Assembly (NCBI GenBank): GCA_038245785.1
Contig: JBBRSB010000015.1
Location: 34,941-98,940 of the forward strand
Origin: Gloeobacterales cyanobacterium
GTDB taxonomy: Bacteria; Cyanobacteriota; Cyanobacteriia; Gloeobacterales; PMM-0068
DNA length: 64,000 bases
Direction of reading: 5' to 3'
Made by a program: the position numbers and the translations under genes. The notes under the pieces were generated by a model that saw nothing but the letters and a program-made list of their open reading frames with translations, was not told the DNA's origin and did no database searches. Below, piece by piece: positions 33,323-41,415 of this stretch. The stretch's first letter is position 1. Every line of letters starts with the position of its first letter.

Positions 33323-34301
33323 CGGAACGGCGAATGGTTTGAGCAATAGTCTGAGCCACTTCTTCACTCTTCCAGTAGCTGCTATGGGCGTCGCCCCCGT
33401 GTAACAGAGCAAGAACACTCTGGCTTACCGCTTGGGTAAAGAAGTCAAATAGCTCCTTGTTATGCATGACGATATCTTGGACGTCGAGATATTTACCATT
33501 TCCATCTACCAGTTGAGTCATCAAAGTAGCCAAAGGATAAGCTACGGGGTCTCCAGGATGAATAAAGTTTTTCCAGAGCAATTTTTTTCCAAGAGATTGA
33601 TAGAGATTCTCTAGCAATTCCTCTAATCGGGGCGTGATGTCATGGGTATTAGTAATGTTGTGTGTATTGATGTCTGTCCCCGTGGTATTCGGTAGCGTAG
33701 GATTCTCCTTCACATCAATAAGACTAAAAAGAGCAACTGGAGAGCCCATAGTATGAATACTACTAAGGCGAATCCCCTTTTCTGGATTGGGCTCTACCCC
33801 AAAGACAAAATCACGAATAGCTTTTGCGTAGGGATAGCCAGGTATTTTATCTTCATCCCAACGGGCTGCGAATAAGACGTCAAAAAGAATTACTGTTCCC
33901 CAGCTATGGGTCACTAAGTGCAGACGGTCTTTAGGCTGCCATCCTTTCAGCATTGTTTGAGACTGTTCTGCCAACTGCTGAACAACTTGAGAACCGACAT
34001 AGCGACTGATGTAAAGTGCCGCATCCCCTGCGAACTGAAGAATCTGCTTCTCTCGAAATTCTCTAAACCAGAGGTGCTTCCAGTCAGGTGAGTCTTGGAG
34101 TGTACTGAGTAGCTTTTGCTCGGTAGCAATATTCACATCTCCCCAATAGAGAGGAATCGACTTAAGCGTCAAGGGTAAGTTATTCTCGGTATCATTTGCC
34201 TTTTCTTCAATCAGTCTGAAGAGGTTATCAGCATAGGTCGCTTTTTCTCGCTCTTCTCGGGTATTCACCCCATGAATAAACAAAACATAGTCCGTGACCA
34301 T
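33303..34301 (-). CDS. Hypothetical protein, probable alpha/beta-hydrolase fold
   Basis: LFIHGV, THSWG, TMGSP, HPGDP, HSSYW. Confidence 0.7.
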   Translation of the reverse strand: MVTDYVLFIHGVNTREEREKATYADNLFRLIEEKANDTENNLPLTLKSIPLYWGDVNIATEQKLLSTLQDSPDWKHLWFREFREKQILQFAGDAALYISRYVGSQVVQQLAEQSQTMLKGWQPKDRLHLVTHSWGTVILFDVLFAARWDEDKIPGYPYAKAIRDFVFGVEPNPEKGIRLSSIHTMGSPVALFSLIDVKENPTLPNTTGTDINTHNITNTHDITPRLEELLENLYQSLGKKLLWKNFIHPGDPVAYPLATLMTQLVDGNGKYLDVQDIVMHNKELFDFFTQAVSQSVLALLHGGDAHSSYWKSEEVAQTIAQTIRRSAKQPVA

Positions 34302-34413
34302 GTCCTTACCCCTCAGGAATATTTGGAAAGATAAAATTGTTCTGAGAATTAGATATTTATATATTCAAACTAGAAAGTCAATTGAACGATTTTTCGGTGG
34401 AATCTAATTAGAG

Positions 34414-34476
34414 TCCCCCTTACGAAGGGGGACAAGGCCATTTCCAGCTTAAAGTTCTCTTCTGCCAGGGGTCTCT
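34414..34476 (+). repeat. About 62-bp dispersed repeat, copy 1
   Basis: TCCCCCTTACGAAGGGGGACAAGGCCATTTCCAGC...GGGGTCTCT; homologous to 41354-41415. Confidence 0.75.
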
Positions 34477-34484
34477 CGAACAAA

Positions 34485-35327
34485 CTACCCCTGTCTTTTG
34501 CTTCTAGGCACGAACAAAAAGCCATAAACAGCGGCACCAACTACCGTAGCCCACAAAGGCATCACCGATTTAAAGCCCAAGGTGCCGCTCCAGAGTGCAA
34601 TTTCTACTCCTGCCATCAGGGCCAAAACTTGCCCTGCTTGGACACGGGCTGGCTTCATTCCTTCCCCCGATTCATCTTCCATACTCTTTAGGGTGCTCGA
34701 CCCCAGAATTACAGGGATGAAAACCGCAGAAAATCCCAGAGCTATCGCCCCTGCTCCCCAGGAAAATCCGCCTTCAGGGAACAGCGGTCCCCGCAAAACT
34801 ACAAGGGCAACAGTGGAGAGCGCGCTTAAGCCCGCAAAAATGAGCTGCTGCTTATACGGAGGAGCCAACTGACTATCGAGCAAAAAGGCAATAGTTGTCA
34901 GCAATCCAAATCCCCAGTTGCCGTTATAGACCAGCCATCCGCTTAATCCCACCACAGCGAGCGAGTCAACTATAGTTGCAGGCAGACCTGTGGTCCGATT
35001 CACAACCCGCACCGCCAAGAGCAACCAGAACAGCCGCCCCAAGTTTGCAAGTCCCAGAAAGAACAGACCAACAAAGGCTAATCCCGCTGCGGCAAAGGCA
35101 GAATTATCGTGGTCGGGATCCAGCTCCCGGCACAAGGCCCAAGCTAAGAACACGGTTAGCCCAGCTCCAACTCCCCAAAACCAAGCCGTGAATAAATCCT
35201 TTCCGGCAAATAGCTGGAGCAGCATGGTGATGACGAGCACCACAGTGGAGAAAATACCTATCGCCCGATTCGTCGGATAGCTGAAATCAACTGGCCGCCC
35301 AATAGACGTAATCTTACTCACTTTCAT
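34485..35327 (-). CDS. Integral membrane protein of unknown function
   Basis: Multiple hydrophobic segments, YPTNRA and RELDPD motifs; start taken at MKVSKI because the upstream ORF extension is repeat-derived. Confidence 0.75.
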   Translation of the reverse strand: MKVSKITSIGRPVDFSYPTNRAIGIFSTVVLVITMLLQLFAGKDLFTAWFWGVGAGLTVFLAWALCRELDPDHDNSAFAAAGLAFVGLFFLGLANLGRLFWLLLAVRVVNRTTGLPATIVDSLAVVGLSGWLVYNGNWGFGLLTTIAFLLDSQLAPPYKQQLIFAGLSALSTVALVVLRGPLFPEGGFSWGAGAIALGFSAVFIPVILGSSTLKSMEDESGEGMKPARVQAGQVLALMAGVEIALWSGTLGFKSVMPLWATVVGAAVYGFLFVPRSKRQG

Positions 35328-35358
35328 ACACGTCAATGTCCTTATCGTCAGATCTGGA

Positions 35359-35489
35359 CCCTCACCCCCAACCCCTCTCCCGCAGGAGAGGGGCATAGAC
35401 CAAATGGAATGGAACGGAGCATCCCTCTTCTATAAAACACGAAAATGGAGAAACTCCCCTCTCCCACAAGAGAGGGGCTTGGGGCTAGG
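35359..35489. repeat. Inverted pair of CCCCTCTCC/GGAGAGGGG palindromic repeats
   Basis: CCCTCACCCCCAACCCCTCTCCCGCAGGAGAGGGG (35359-35393) and an inverted degenerate copy (35456-35489). Confidence 0.8.
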
Positions 35490-35491
35490 CA

Positions 35492-36982
35492 TCAGAACTT
35501 CTGCAGCGCTTCTTCACCACGGCGATGAATCTCCCGTGCATAGTCCGTCCAAGTCCCCTGTCCCCAGTAGCGGAAGCAGCTGGTTTGGGTCAGGAGGTTG
35601 TATAGCAGGGCTTCTCGATAGCGCGTTTGGCGGGTGAGGGGTTCCCCGGAAGAAGGCGTTGCTGCCATCAAAGGGTCTATTTTCTGATGGAACATCGCAC
35701 TGAGTTGATTCATTGGTCCCAACACGTTTTCGTAGCCTCTGACCCAACTGAGGTCATTGGTCCAGGATGCACCGTCCATATGAAAGTTGTGATGGGTCTT
35801 TTTCACCTCTTCAATCCCTTGAGTCACTTTCTCAGGCGTTGCAGATTCTGGAGAAACCTGCTCCCAGAGAAGATGTTGCCCTACGGCCTGACAAGCAGGA
35901 TAGTCTTCGGGCCTACAGCCTGCCGCTTCAATCAGTTCCAGATACTCGGTGCCATTTAGACCGACGACGCTCTGGCTCTGGGACATTTCGTACCAGGACT
36001 TTTTGTAGCCATCGGGAAATTCATTCATCATCACGCCCCCATTTTCTCCATCTCCAATTTGGGTGACGATAGGAGGGATAGAAATACCGGAAATCTCTTG
36101 GCGCGAGAGGGTTTTAGCTTCGTAGTAGGGCTGCATCTGAGCTACCAACTTCGTATCAGAGCCTTGAGTTTTAATCAGCGCCGTGATGCTGATCGTCTCG
36201 CCATGAGAATTGTGGGCAATCAGGCGATGGGGTAGATTCCTGTTCTGTAAGCCATGTCCTTCTAAGGTTTCTACAGAATGCTCTTGGACCATCAGCCAGC
36301 GATAGCCAGATTCTTTCAAGGCTTTGATGTACTCATAGAGCGTATCCGGATGGTTTGGCAGGTGCATTTCTGGAGGAGAAAATCCCTTCACACGGGCCAA
36401 AGCTTCCCAGCCAAAGACACTGGCAAAATAATGCTGCCACGCTTGGATATGCAACTTCAGGTCTGGGATGGGGGTAGAAGGGGCAACGGCATGACTCCAC
36501 ATCGTTCCCAGCCATTCCACATAGGGCTGATAGGTAGGGTCACAGGTCACTCGCTTCAGGTTGTCGAGGACATCTCCTCGCCCCATCTGCCGTAGCCCCC
36601 AGAGGAGATTGCCTGAGTAATCCAGCATCACGCGGGGGTTACAGCCATTGCCTACCAGTTCGGGAATGAAGTCTGCAATGCGGCTGTAGCACCAGGAGAA
36701 AACGCCCGCATTGTGGTTGTCTCCATCATGAGGATGCTCAAACATGTCTTGGAGGTTGCTAATCAGCGCTCCATCATGACCGGCAGGAATAGTAGGCTGG
36801 TGCATATGCAAGGCAACGGCAAAAGCAGCGGTAACATTTTCCAGACGAATATTGGTTCGGGGCAAAAATACAGGCTGGTCTTGTTGCACAACAGACTGGA
36901 CCTCCGCTTCCCATCCTGAAATATTTGGTAAATCGTCGATAATTTCTGAGAGGACCGGTAAGCGGGTGGGAGTAAAGACCAT
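35492..36982 (-). CDS. Glycoside hydrolase family 57 protein
   Basis: HMHQP, GFSPPEM, DGENGG, TSCFRYW. Confidence 0.9.
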   Translation of the reverse strand: MVFTPTRLPVLSEIIDDLPNISGWEAEVQSVVQQDQPVFLPRTNIRLENVTAAFAVALHMHQPTIPAGHDGALISNLQDMFEHPHDGDNHNAGVFSWCYSRIADFIPELVGNGCNPRVMLDYSGNLLWGLRQMGRGDVLDNLKRVTCDPTYQPYVEWLGTMWSHAVAPSTPIPDLKLHIQAWQHYFASVFGWEALARVKGFSPPEMHLPNHPDTLYEYIKALKESGYRWLMVQEHSVETLEGHGLQNRNLPHRLIAHNSHGETISITALIKTQGSDTKLVAQMQPYYEAKTLSRQEISGISIPPIVTQIGDGENGGVMMNEFPDGYKKSWYEMSQSQSVVGLNGTEYLELIEAAGCRPEDYPACQAVGQHLLWEQVSPESATPEKVTQGIEEVKKTHHNFHMDGASWTNDLSWVRGYENVLGPMNQLSAMFHQKIDPLMAATPSSGEPLTRQTRYREALLYNLLTQTSCFRYWGQGTWTDYAREIHRRGEEALQKF

Positions 36983-37221
36983 AGGAATATATCCTCGTTA
37001 AGGGAAGCTCAACCCAATACGTAGAATTCGCCCTTTCCTTATCTGGACTGGATTTTCTGCATCAGGTCTATGGCTCTCAGTGTAGTGACTGACCTACCCC
37101 CATGCAATTTCTCCACTTAACAAAGAGTCAAGGATTATTCTCCTTTGCAGGCATGCCATACTTGAGTTGCCAGAATCGGTGAAACGTCCCTGGCGTATGC
37201 GGCTCCGCGAAGAGAAGTGCC

Positions 37222-37779
37222 ATGACTGCAACAACCTACAAGTGGACCCTCGACCGTTACCACCAGGCTATTGAGGCAGGCATTTTCGATGACCAGCCTG
37301 TTGAACTCTTGCGAGGAGAGATTGTTGTTATGCCCCCAGAGCGAGAACCACACGCCTACTACAACACAGAGGCGGCGGATTATTTGCGAGGATTGCTGGG
37401 TGAGCGCGTCAAAATCCGGGATGCAAAGCCGATTACACTCCCTAATGATTCTGAGCCCGCACCAGATCTCGCCATCGTCAAACCTCTAGGCTCTATCTAT
37501 CTAGAACACCATCCTTATCCAGATGACATCTTTTGGGTGGTCGAGTTCTCTAAAGCCACGCTGAGTAAAGATTTGGGCAGTAAAAAAGAAATCTATGCAG
37601 AGGCAGGGATTCAAGAATACTGGGTCGTAAATCTGCAAGACTTCCAGCTAAGCGTCTTTCGTGATTTAGTAAATGGTCGCTACACCACAGAACTAACGTT
37701 AACCACAGGCACGATTACTCCGCTAGCCTTTGCTGATGTCCCCATAGAAGTTCAGCGACTTATTCCTGGTCATGAGTGA
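37222..37779 (+). CDS. Uma2 (DUF820) family endonuclease-like protein
   Basis: VELLRGEIVVM, EPAPD, AGIQEYWVVNL. Confidence 0.9.
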   Translation: MTATTYKWTLDRYHQAIEAGIFDDQPVELLRGEIVVMPPEREPHAYYNTEAADYLRGLLGERVKIRDAKPITLPNDSEPAPDLAIVKPLGSIYLEHHPYPDDIFWVVEFSKATLSKDLGSKKEIYAEAGIQEYWVVNLQDFQLSVFRDLVNGRYTTELTLTTGTITPLAFADVPIEVQRLIPGHE

Positions 37780-38075
37780 AGGGTGCAGCGAAATGGCTTT
37801 GATTTGAATGCATGGTTAGGCTGTTCCAGTTATCAGACCAGGAGCAACGTTAAGGCTCGGTTGGGTTTAGATGTCTTAATCGTTGGGTCGTGGGCTACGA
37901 ATCATGATGAGCTAAGTGATTAAGATTTTGAACATAAGAGCTGACAATATCCACCTAAGCGGCCAAATAGAGAGGATATGCAGAAAATTCAGTCTAAATA
38001 GTAATTTGGCCATCTAGAAATAGTGAAAGCTTAGTTTTGCACAGTTCAGTAAAATATATTCCTTGAGGTGAAAGA

Positions 38076-38384
38076 ATGAATGAAAACAAACTGATGCCAG
38101 TTCATCCTGGCGAAGTGCTTCTAGAAGAATTTCTAAAGCCAATGAACCTCAGCCAAAATCAAATAGCTTTGGCTATGAGAGTTCCAGCCCGACGGATTAA
38201 TGAAATTGTTCATGGCAAGCGACGAATTACGGCAGACACTGCTCTTCGCTTAGCCCATTACTTTAATATGTCGCCACGATTTTGGCTGGGATTGCAAATG
38301 GATTACGATTTAGATATGACTGAGGATGAAGTAGGGGATCGATTAAAAAAGGAAGTGGTTGTCTTAGCAAGTAAAGGAGGATAG
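38076..38384 (+). CDS. higA: HigA/VapI family antitoxin (orphan)
   Basis: PVHPGEVLLEEFL, RINEIVHGKRRITADTALRL, FWLGLQMDYDL; no higB upstream. Confidence 0.92.
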   Translation: MNENKLMPVHPGEVLLEEFLKPMNLSQNQIALAMRVPARRINEIVHGKRRITADTALRLAHYFNMSPRFWLGLQMDYDLDMTEDEVGDRLKKEVVVLASKGG

Positions 38385-38461
38385 ATACTGCTAACGCAAT
38401 TCTTGTCTGATCGAACCTTAAAAAGCATAACTATCAGGATGGCATGTCCAGAAAGGGTTTC

Positions 38462-38812
38462 CTAACTCCCTAGGCTATCTGCACTTAGAGGGACTAATTT
38501 GCCATCCGTCGTCAGCCCAAGCTGCATATTCTCATGAGATTGAATTGCTTTTCCGGTGATTGCACAGCGCTCTTCTCTTTGGGCGACGGCCGCGATGCTT
38601 ATCCGAATGTCTGAAGTCGTGATGTTTGGCCGATAGTCTTCGGAGCGCTGCTGGACATATTCCCAGAGAATATCTCGGACTAGACTTTGATACCCTTGGC
38701 CACCCGCCAATTCTTTAAGCTTCTCTTTCAATTCTCGTTCAAAGCGAATACTGGTCACTTCCATGTCGGTGGTGGAGGTCCGGGGTGCTGTTGAGGGGGA
38801 TAGGCTATGCAT
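38462..38812 (-). CDS. Ribbon-helix-helix transcriptional repressor, TrcR-like
   Basis: MEVTSIRFERELKEKLKELAG.QGYQSLVRDILW RHH pattern and C-terminal CAITG; GGAG RBS before ATG 38812; context matches TrcR of Anabaena PCC 7120 (recalled, not searched). Confidence 0.75.
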   Translation of the reverse strand: MHSLSPSTAPRTSTTDMEVTSIRFERELKEKLKELAGGQGYQSLVRDILWEYVQQRSEDYRPNITTSDIRISIAAVAQREERCAITGKAIQSHENMQLGLTTDGKLVPLSADSLGS

Positions 38813-38831
38813 AATTTTTCTCCAAGGCCAG

Positions 38832-38862
38832 TAGACATTTCTAATAATACAAGTGTAGTATT
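38832..38862 (+). promoter_or_regulatory. Sigma70-type promoter overlapped by an 18-bp operator (TrcR-box-like)
   Basis: -35 TAGACA at 38832, -10 TAGTAT at 38856; operator TAATACAAGTGTAGTATT at 38845-38862. Confidence 0.75.
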
Positions 38863-38867
38863 TAAAT

Positions 38868-39151
38868 GTCTTTATTTTTGTGGTCCTTGTAACCACATTT
38901 GCCATGCTGTTCAGCACTCCTGCCACCTTTAAGCCACGCGCCTTTAGCCGCTCCAGCGGTGTCGTTGGCATGCAGGGCGTAGGCAAGAACTCCATTTATG
39001 TCGGTGGACTGCAGAATCTGGCAGTCACAGGAAACTTGAAAATGCGAAGCGGGTGGTGCACACAGCTCAGACAGGCACCAACCTAGGCTCTAAGAAATTC
39101 CCTCCTGTTTTCTTGCTCCCGCTTCTTTCGTGCAGAAGCGGGAGCTTTTTT
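38868..39151 (+). ncRNA. Unannotated structured ncRNA, about 280 nt, upstream of rtcB
   Basis: Lies between a promoter and a strong terminator, with no credible ORF and several stems (see findings). Confidence 0.6.
39115..39151 (+). terminator. Intrinsic terminator
   Basis: GCTCCCGCTTCT-N7-AGAAGCGGGAGC followed by TTTTTT. Confidence 0.9.
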
Positions 39152-39225
39152 ATGTCTATGCCGCTGGAAATGTGGCAAGACGCCCAGCATGAAACGCTTG
39201 CCCTACGGGAATACTAGGGCCGTGA

Positions 39226-39255
39226 TTAACAGCTGTGTAATACAAATGTAGTATT
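39226..39255 (+). promoter_or_regulatory. rtcB promoter overlapped by a second 18-bp operator
   Basis: -35 TTAACA at 39226, 17-nt spacer, -10 TAGTAT at 39249; operator TAATACAAATGTAGTATT at 39238-39255 (17/18 identical to the first). Confidence 0.8.
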
Positions 39256-39279
39256 TTATAGTTAGAGGAGTAAAAGATT

Positions 39280-40461
39280 ATGGCCTACGAAAAATTAGAA
39301 ATTTCTACAGCAAAGCCCGTGCTTTCTTGGGCTGGTCATCCTCTGGGTCATGAAGAAATCCAGATGGCCAAAAATGTAGCTTCCTTACCTTTTATCTTTA
39401 AGCATGTAGCTTTGATGCCCGATGTCCATTTGGGTAAAGGGGCCTTGGTTGGCTCCGTAGTGGCAACCAAAGAAGCAATTATCCCTGCGGCGGTCGGTGT
39501 TGATATTGGTTGCGGGATGAGTGCGATTAAAACTCCGTTCATTGCTGACCAATTAGAAGGAAAGCTCAAGCAAATACGTAAGGATATTGAAGCGGCGATT
39601 CCAGTTGGATTCAATCAGAACAAAGCAGCGGATAAGTCTGTTTTGAACTGGCAGGGTTGGCAGGATTTTAAGAATATTCATTCCGGGGTACAGGACCTGG
39701 AAGGAAAAGCCTTGAAGCAGATGGGTTCTCTCGGCGGCGGCAACCACTTTATTGAGGTCTGTCTGGATACGGATAATCAAGTCTGGTTGATGCTGCACTC
39801 TGGTTCGCGAGGGATTGGCAATCAACTGGCTCAGTGTCATATCCACACGGCTCGTGGACTTGCGAAACTGGCCGAAACCCATTTGCCGGACCTAGACTTA
39901 GCCTACTTTGTGGCTGGCACTCCTGAGTTCACCGCCTACTGGCACGACTTGCAATGGGCGCAGAACTACGCTCGCTTTAATCGAGATGTGATGATGGACC
40001 GCTTTAAGCAGATTGTTGAAAAGCATCTGGCAGGCGGCAAATCGACCAAGCCCTTACTTTCTGTAAATTGCCATCACAACTATGCAGAAAAAGAGGTGCA
40101 TTTCGGAGAGGAAGTGTACGTCACCCGTAAGGGTGCAGTCCGTGCTCAAGAGGATGATTACGGCATTATTCCTGGCTCAATGGGCGCAAAGTCGTACATC
40201 GTGAAGGGCAAGGGAAATGCACACAGTTATTGCTCTTGCTCCCACGGTGCAGGCCGCACGATGTCTCGGAATAAAGCCAAGCGCAACTTTACCTTGGACG
40301 ACTTGATTCAACAAACTCAAGGCGTCGAGTGTCGTAAAGATGAAGGCGTTTTGGATGAAATTCCCGGTGCCTACAAATCGATTGAACAGGTGATGGCCTA
40401 TCAATCGGACTTGGTCGAAGTTGTAGCCACTTTGAAACAGGTGGTGTGTATTAAGGGTTAG
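39280..40461 (+). CDS. rtcB: RNA-splicing/repair ligase RtcB
   Basis: MPDVHLG, VGVDIGCG, GSLGGGNHF, HSGSRG, HHN, RKGA, PGSMG, SHGAGR, DEIPGAYK. Confidence 0.97.
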   Translation: MAYEKLEISTAKPVLSWAGHPLGHEEIQMAKNVASLPFIFKHVALMPDVHLGKGALVGSVVATKEAIIPAAVGVDIGCGMSAIKTPFIADQLEGKLKQIRKDIEAAIPVGFNQNKAADKSVLNWQGWQDFKNIHSGVQDLEGKALKQMGSLGGGNHFIEVCLDTDNQVWLMLHSGSRGIGNQLAQCHIHTARGLAKLAETHLPDLDLAYFVAGTPEFTAYWHDLQWAQNYARFNRDVMMDRFKQIVEKHLAGGKSTKPLLSVNCHHNYAEKEVHFGEEVYVTRKGAVRAQEDDYGIIPGSMGAKSYIVKGKGNAHSYCSCSHGAGRTMSRNKAKRNFTLDDLIQQTQGVECRKDEGVLDEIPGAYKSIEQVMAYQSDLVEVVATLKQVVCIKG

Positions 40462-40577
40462 TTCTAGAGTTGGCTGGATTCTGATTAAAGATCCAGCTAT
40501 CTCTACTCGACATAACAGCATCCTCATTCGTCGTTTTTACGGGAGAGCGGCTTATGTACGTTAAGGATTTGTAGTCC

Positions 40578-41324
40578 ATGGAACTCGCTAAAAACAAAAA
40601 ACCCTTAGGCATCAAGAACTATGGGCATATTCCTCACCTACCTGGATCTCGCATGGGGCCAGGAGACCATACATGCCATGAGGGACAAAAGCGGATTGCC
40701 ACCAAGCAACTACGCGACCAGCATGACTGCGTTATCGTGCAGGAAAAACTGGATGGCTCTAACGTTGGGGTAGCGCGTGTCGAGGGGATGCTCTATCCCC
40801 TGAGCAGAGCTGGTTACCTGGCAGATACGTCTCCCTATGAGCAGCACTGGCGATTTGCGCAATGGGTATACGCCCAGCAAGATCGTTTTCTAGCAGTTCT
40901 GAAAGACGGAGAACGTCTATGTGGGGAATGGCTGATGCAAGCCCATGGCACTTGCTACGAACTTCTCCACGAGCCTTTCGTTGTATTTGACCTGATGCAA
41001 GGAGATAAGCGGGCCACGCTCGATGCCCTAAGTGAACGGATTCAAAGTCAGGGATTTATTCAGCCTCGGCTTATCCATAGAGGAAGCCCTTTCAGCATTG
41101 AAGCTGCGCTTCAAGCGATTGCCCTATCTGGACATGGAGCTATCGATCCCGTGGAAGGGGCTATATGGCGTGTCGAGAGAAATGAACTGGTCAATCCAGT
41201 AAAAAGTAAGGAACGCGTCTGGAAAGTTGATTTCTTGGCAAAATATGTCAGACCGGATAAGCAGGATGGGCTTTATCTAGAAATGGTCAGTGGTGAGCCT
41301 GCTATTTGGAATTGGTTTCCATAA
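40578..41324 (+). CDS. ATP-dependent RNA ligase family protein (Rnl2-like nucleotidyltransferase domain)
   Basis: Motif I EKLDGSN, then SR, GEW, FDL, EGAI and KYV in the canonical order. Confidence 0.85.
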   Translation: MELAKNKKPLGIKNYGHIPHLPGSRMGPGDHTCHEGQKRIATKQLRDQHDCVIVQEKLDGSNVGVARVEGMLYPLSRAGYLADTSPYEQHWRFAQWVYAQQDRFLAVLKDGERLCGEWLMQAHGTCYELLHEPFVVFDLMQGDKRATLDALSERIQSQGFIQPRLIHRGSPFSIEAALQAIALSGHGAIDPVEGAIWRVERNELVNPVKSKERVWKVDFLAKYVRPDKQDGLYLEMVSGEPAIWNWFP

Positions 41325-41353
41325 TGGGCGTCGAGCGAAGACCCCCCGTACGC

Positions 41354-41415
41354 TCCCCTTGCCAAGGGGGGCAAGGCCATTTACAGCGTTAAATTCTCTT
41401 ATGCTAGGGGTCTCT
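41354..41415 (+). repeat. About 62-bp dispersed repeat, copy 2
   Basis: TCCCCTTGCCAAGGGGGGCAAGGCCATTTACAGC...GGGGTCTCT; homologous to 34414-34476. Confidence 0.75.

Noticed and set aside
35328..35396. N-terminal PLSCGRGVGGEG extension of the membrane protein
   Set aside because: It is a translation of the palindromic repeat at 35359-35393.
38813..38995. N-terminal extension of the RHH ORF (177 aa in the ORF track)
   Set aside because: It runs through the promoter, operator and ncRNA; ATG 38812 has an RBS and begins the recognisable protein.
38880..39086. 68-aa ORF on the + strand inside the ncRNA
   Set aside because: It has a GTG start with no RBS and no recognisable domain, and the dense RNA structure explains the region better. 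A small protein is not formally excluded.
38868..39110. tRNA, tRNA array or a named RNA family (Y RNA, raiA, manA)
   Set aside because: There is no cloverleaf or GTTCRA T-loop, and only vague short resemblances to known motifs, too weak to call without a covariance search.
39152..39217. 21-codon ORF MSMPLEMWQDAQHETLALREY as a leader peptide
   Set aside because: It starts immediately after a terminator, has no RBS and lies upstream of the rtcB promoter.
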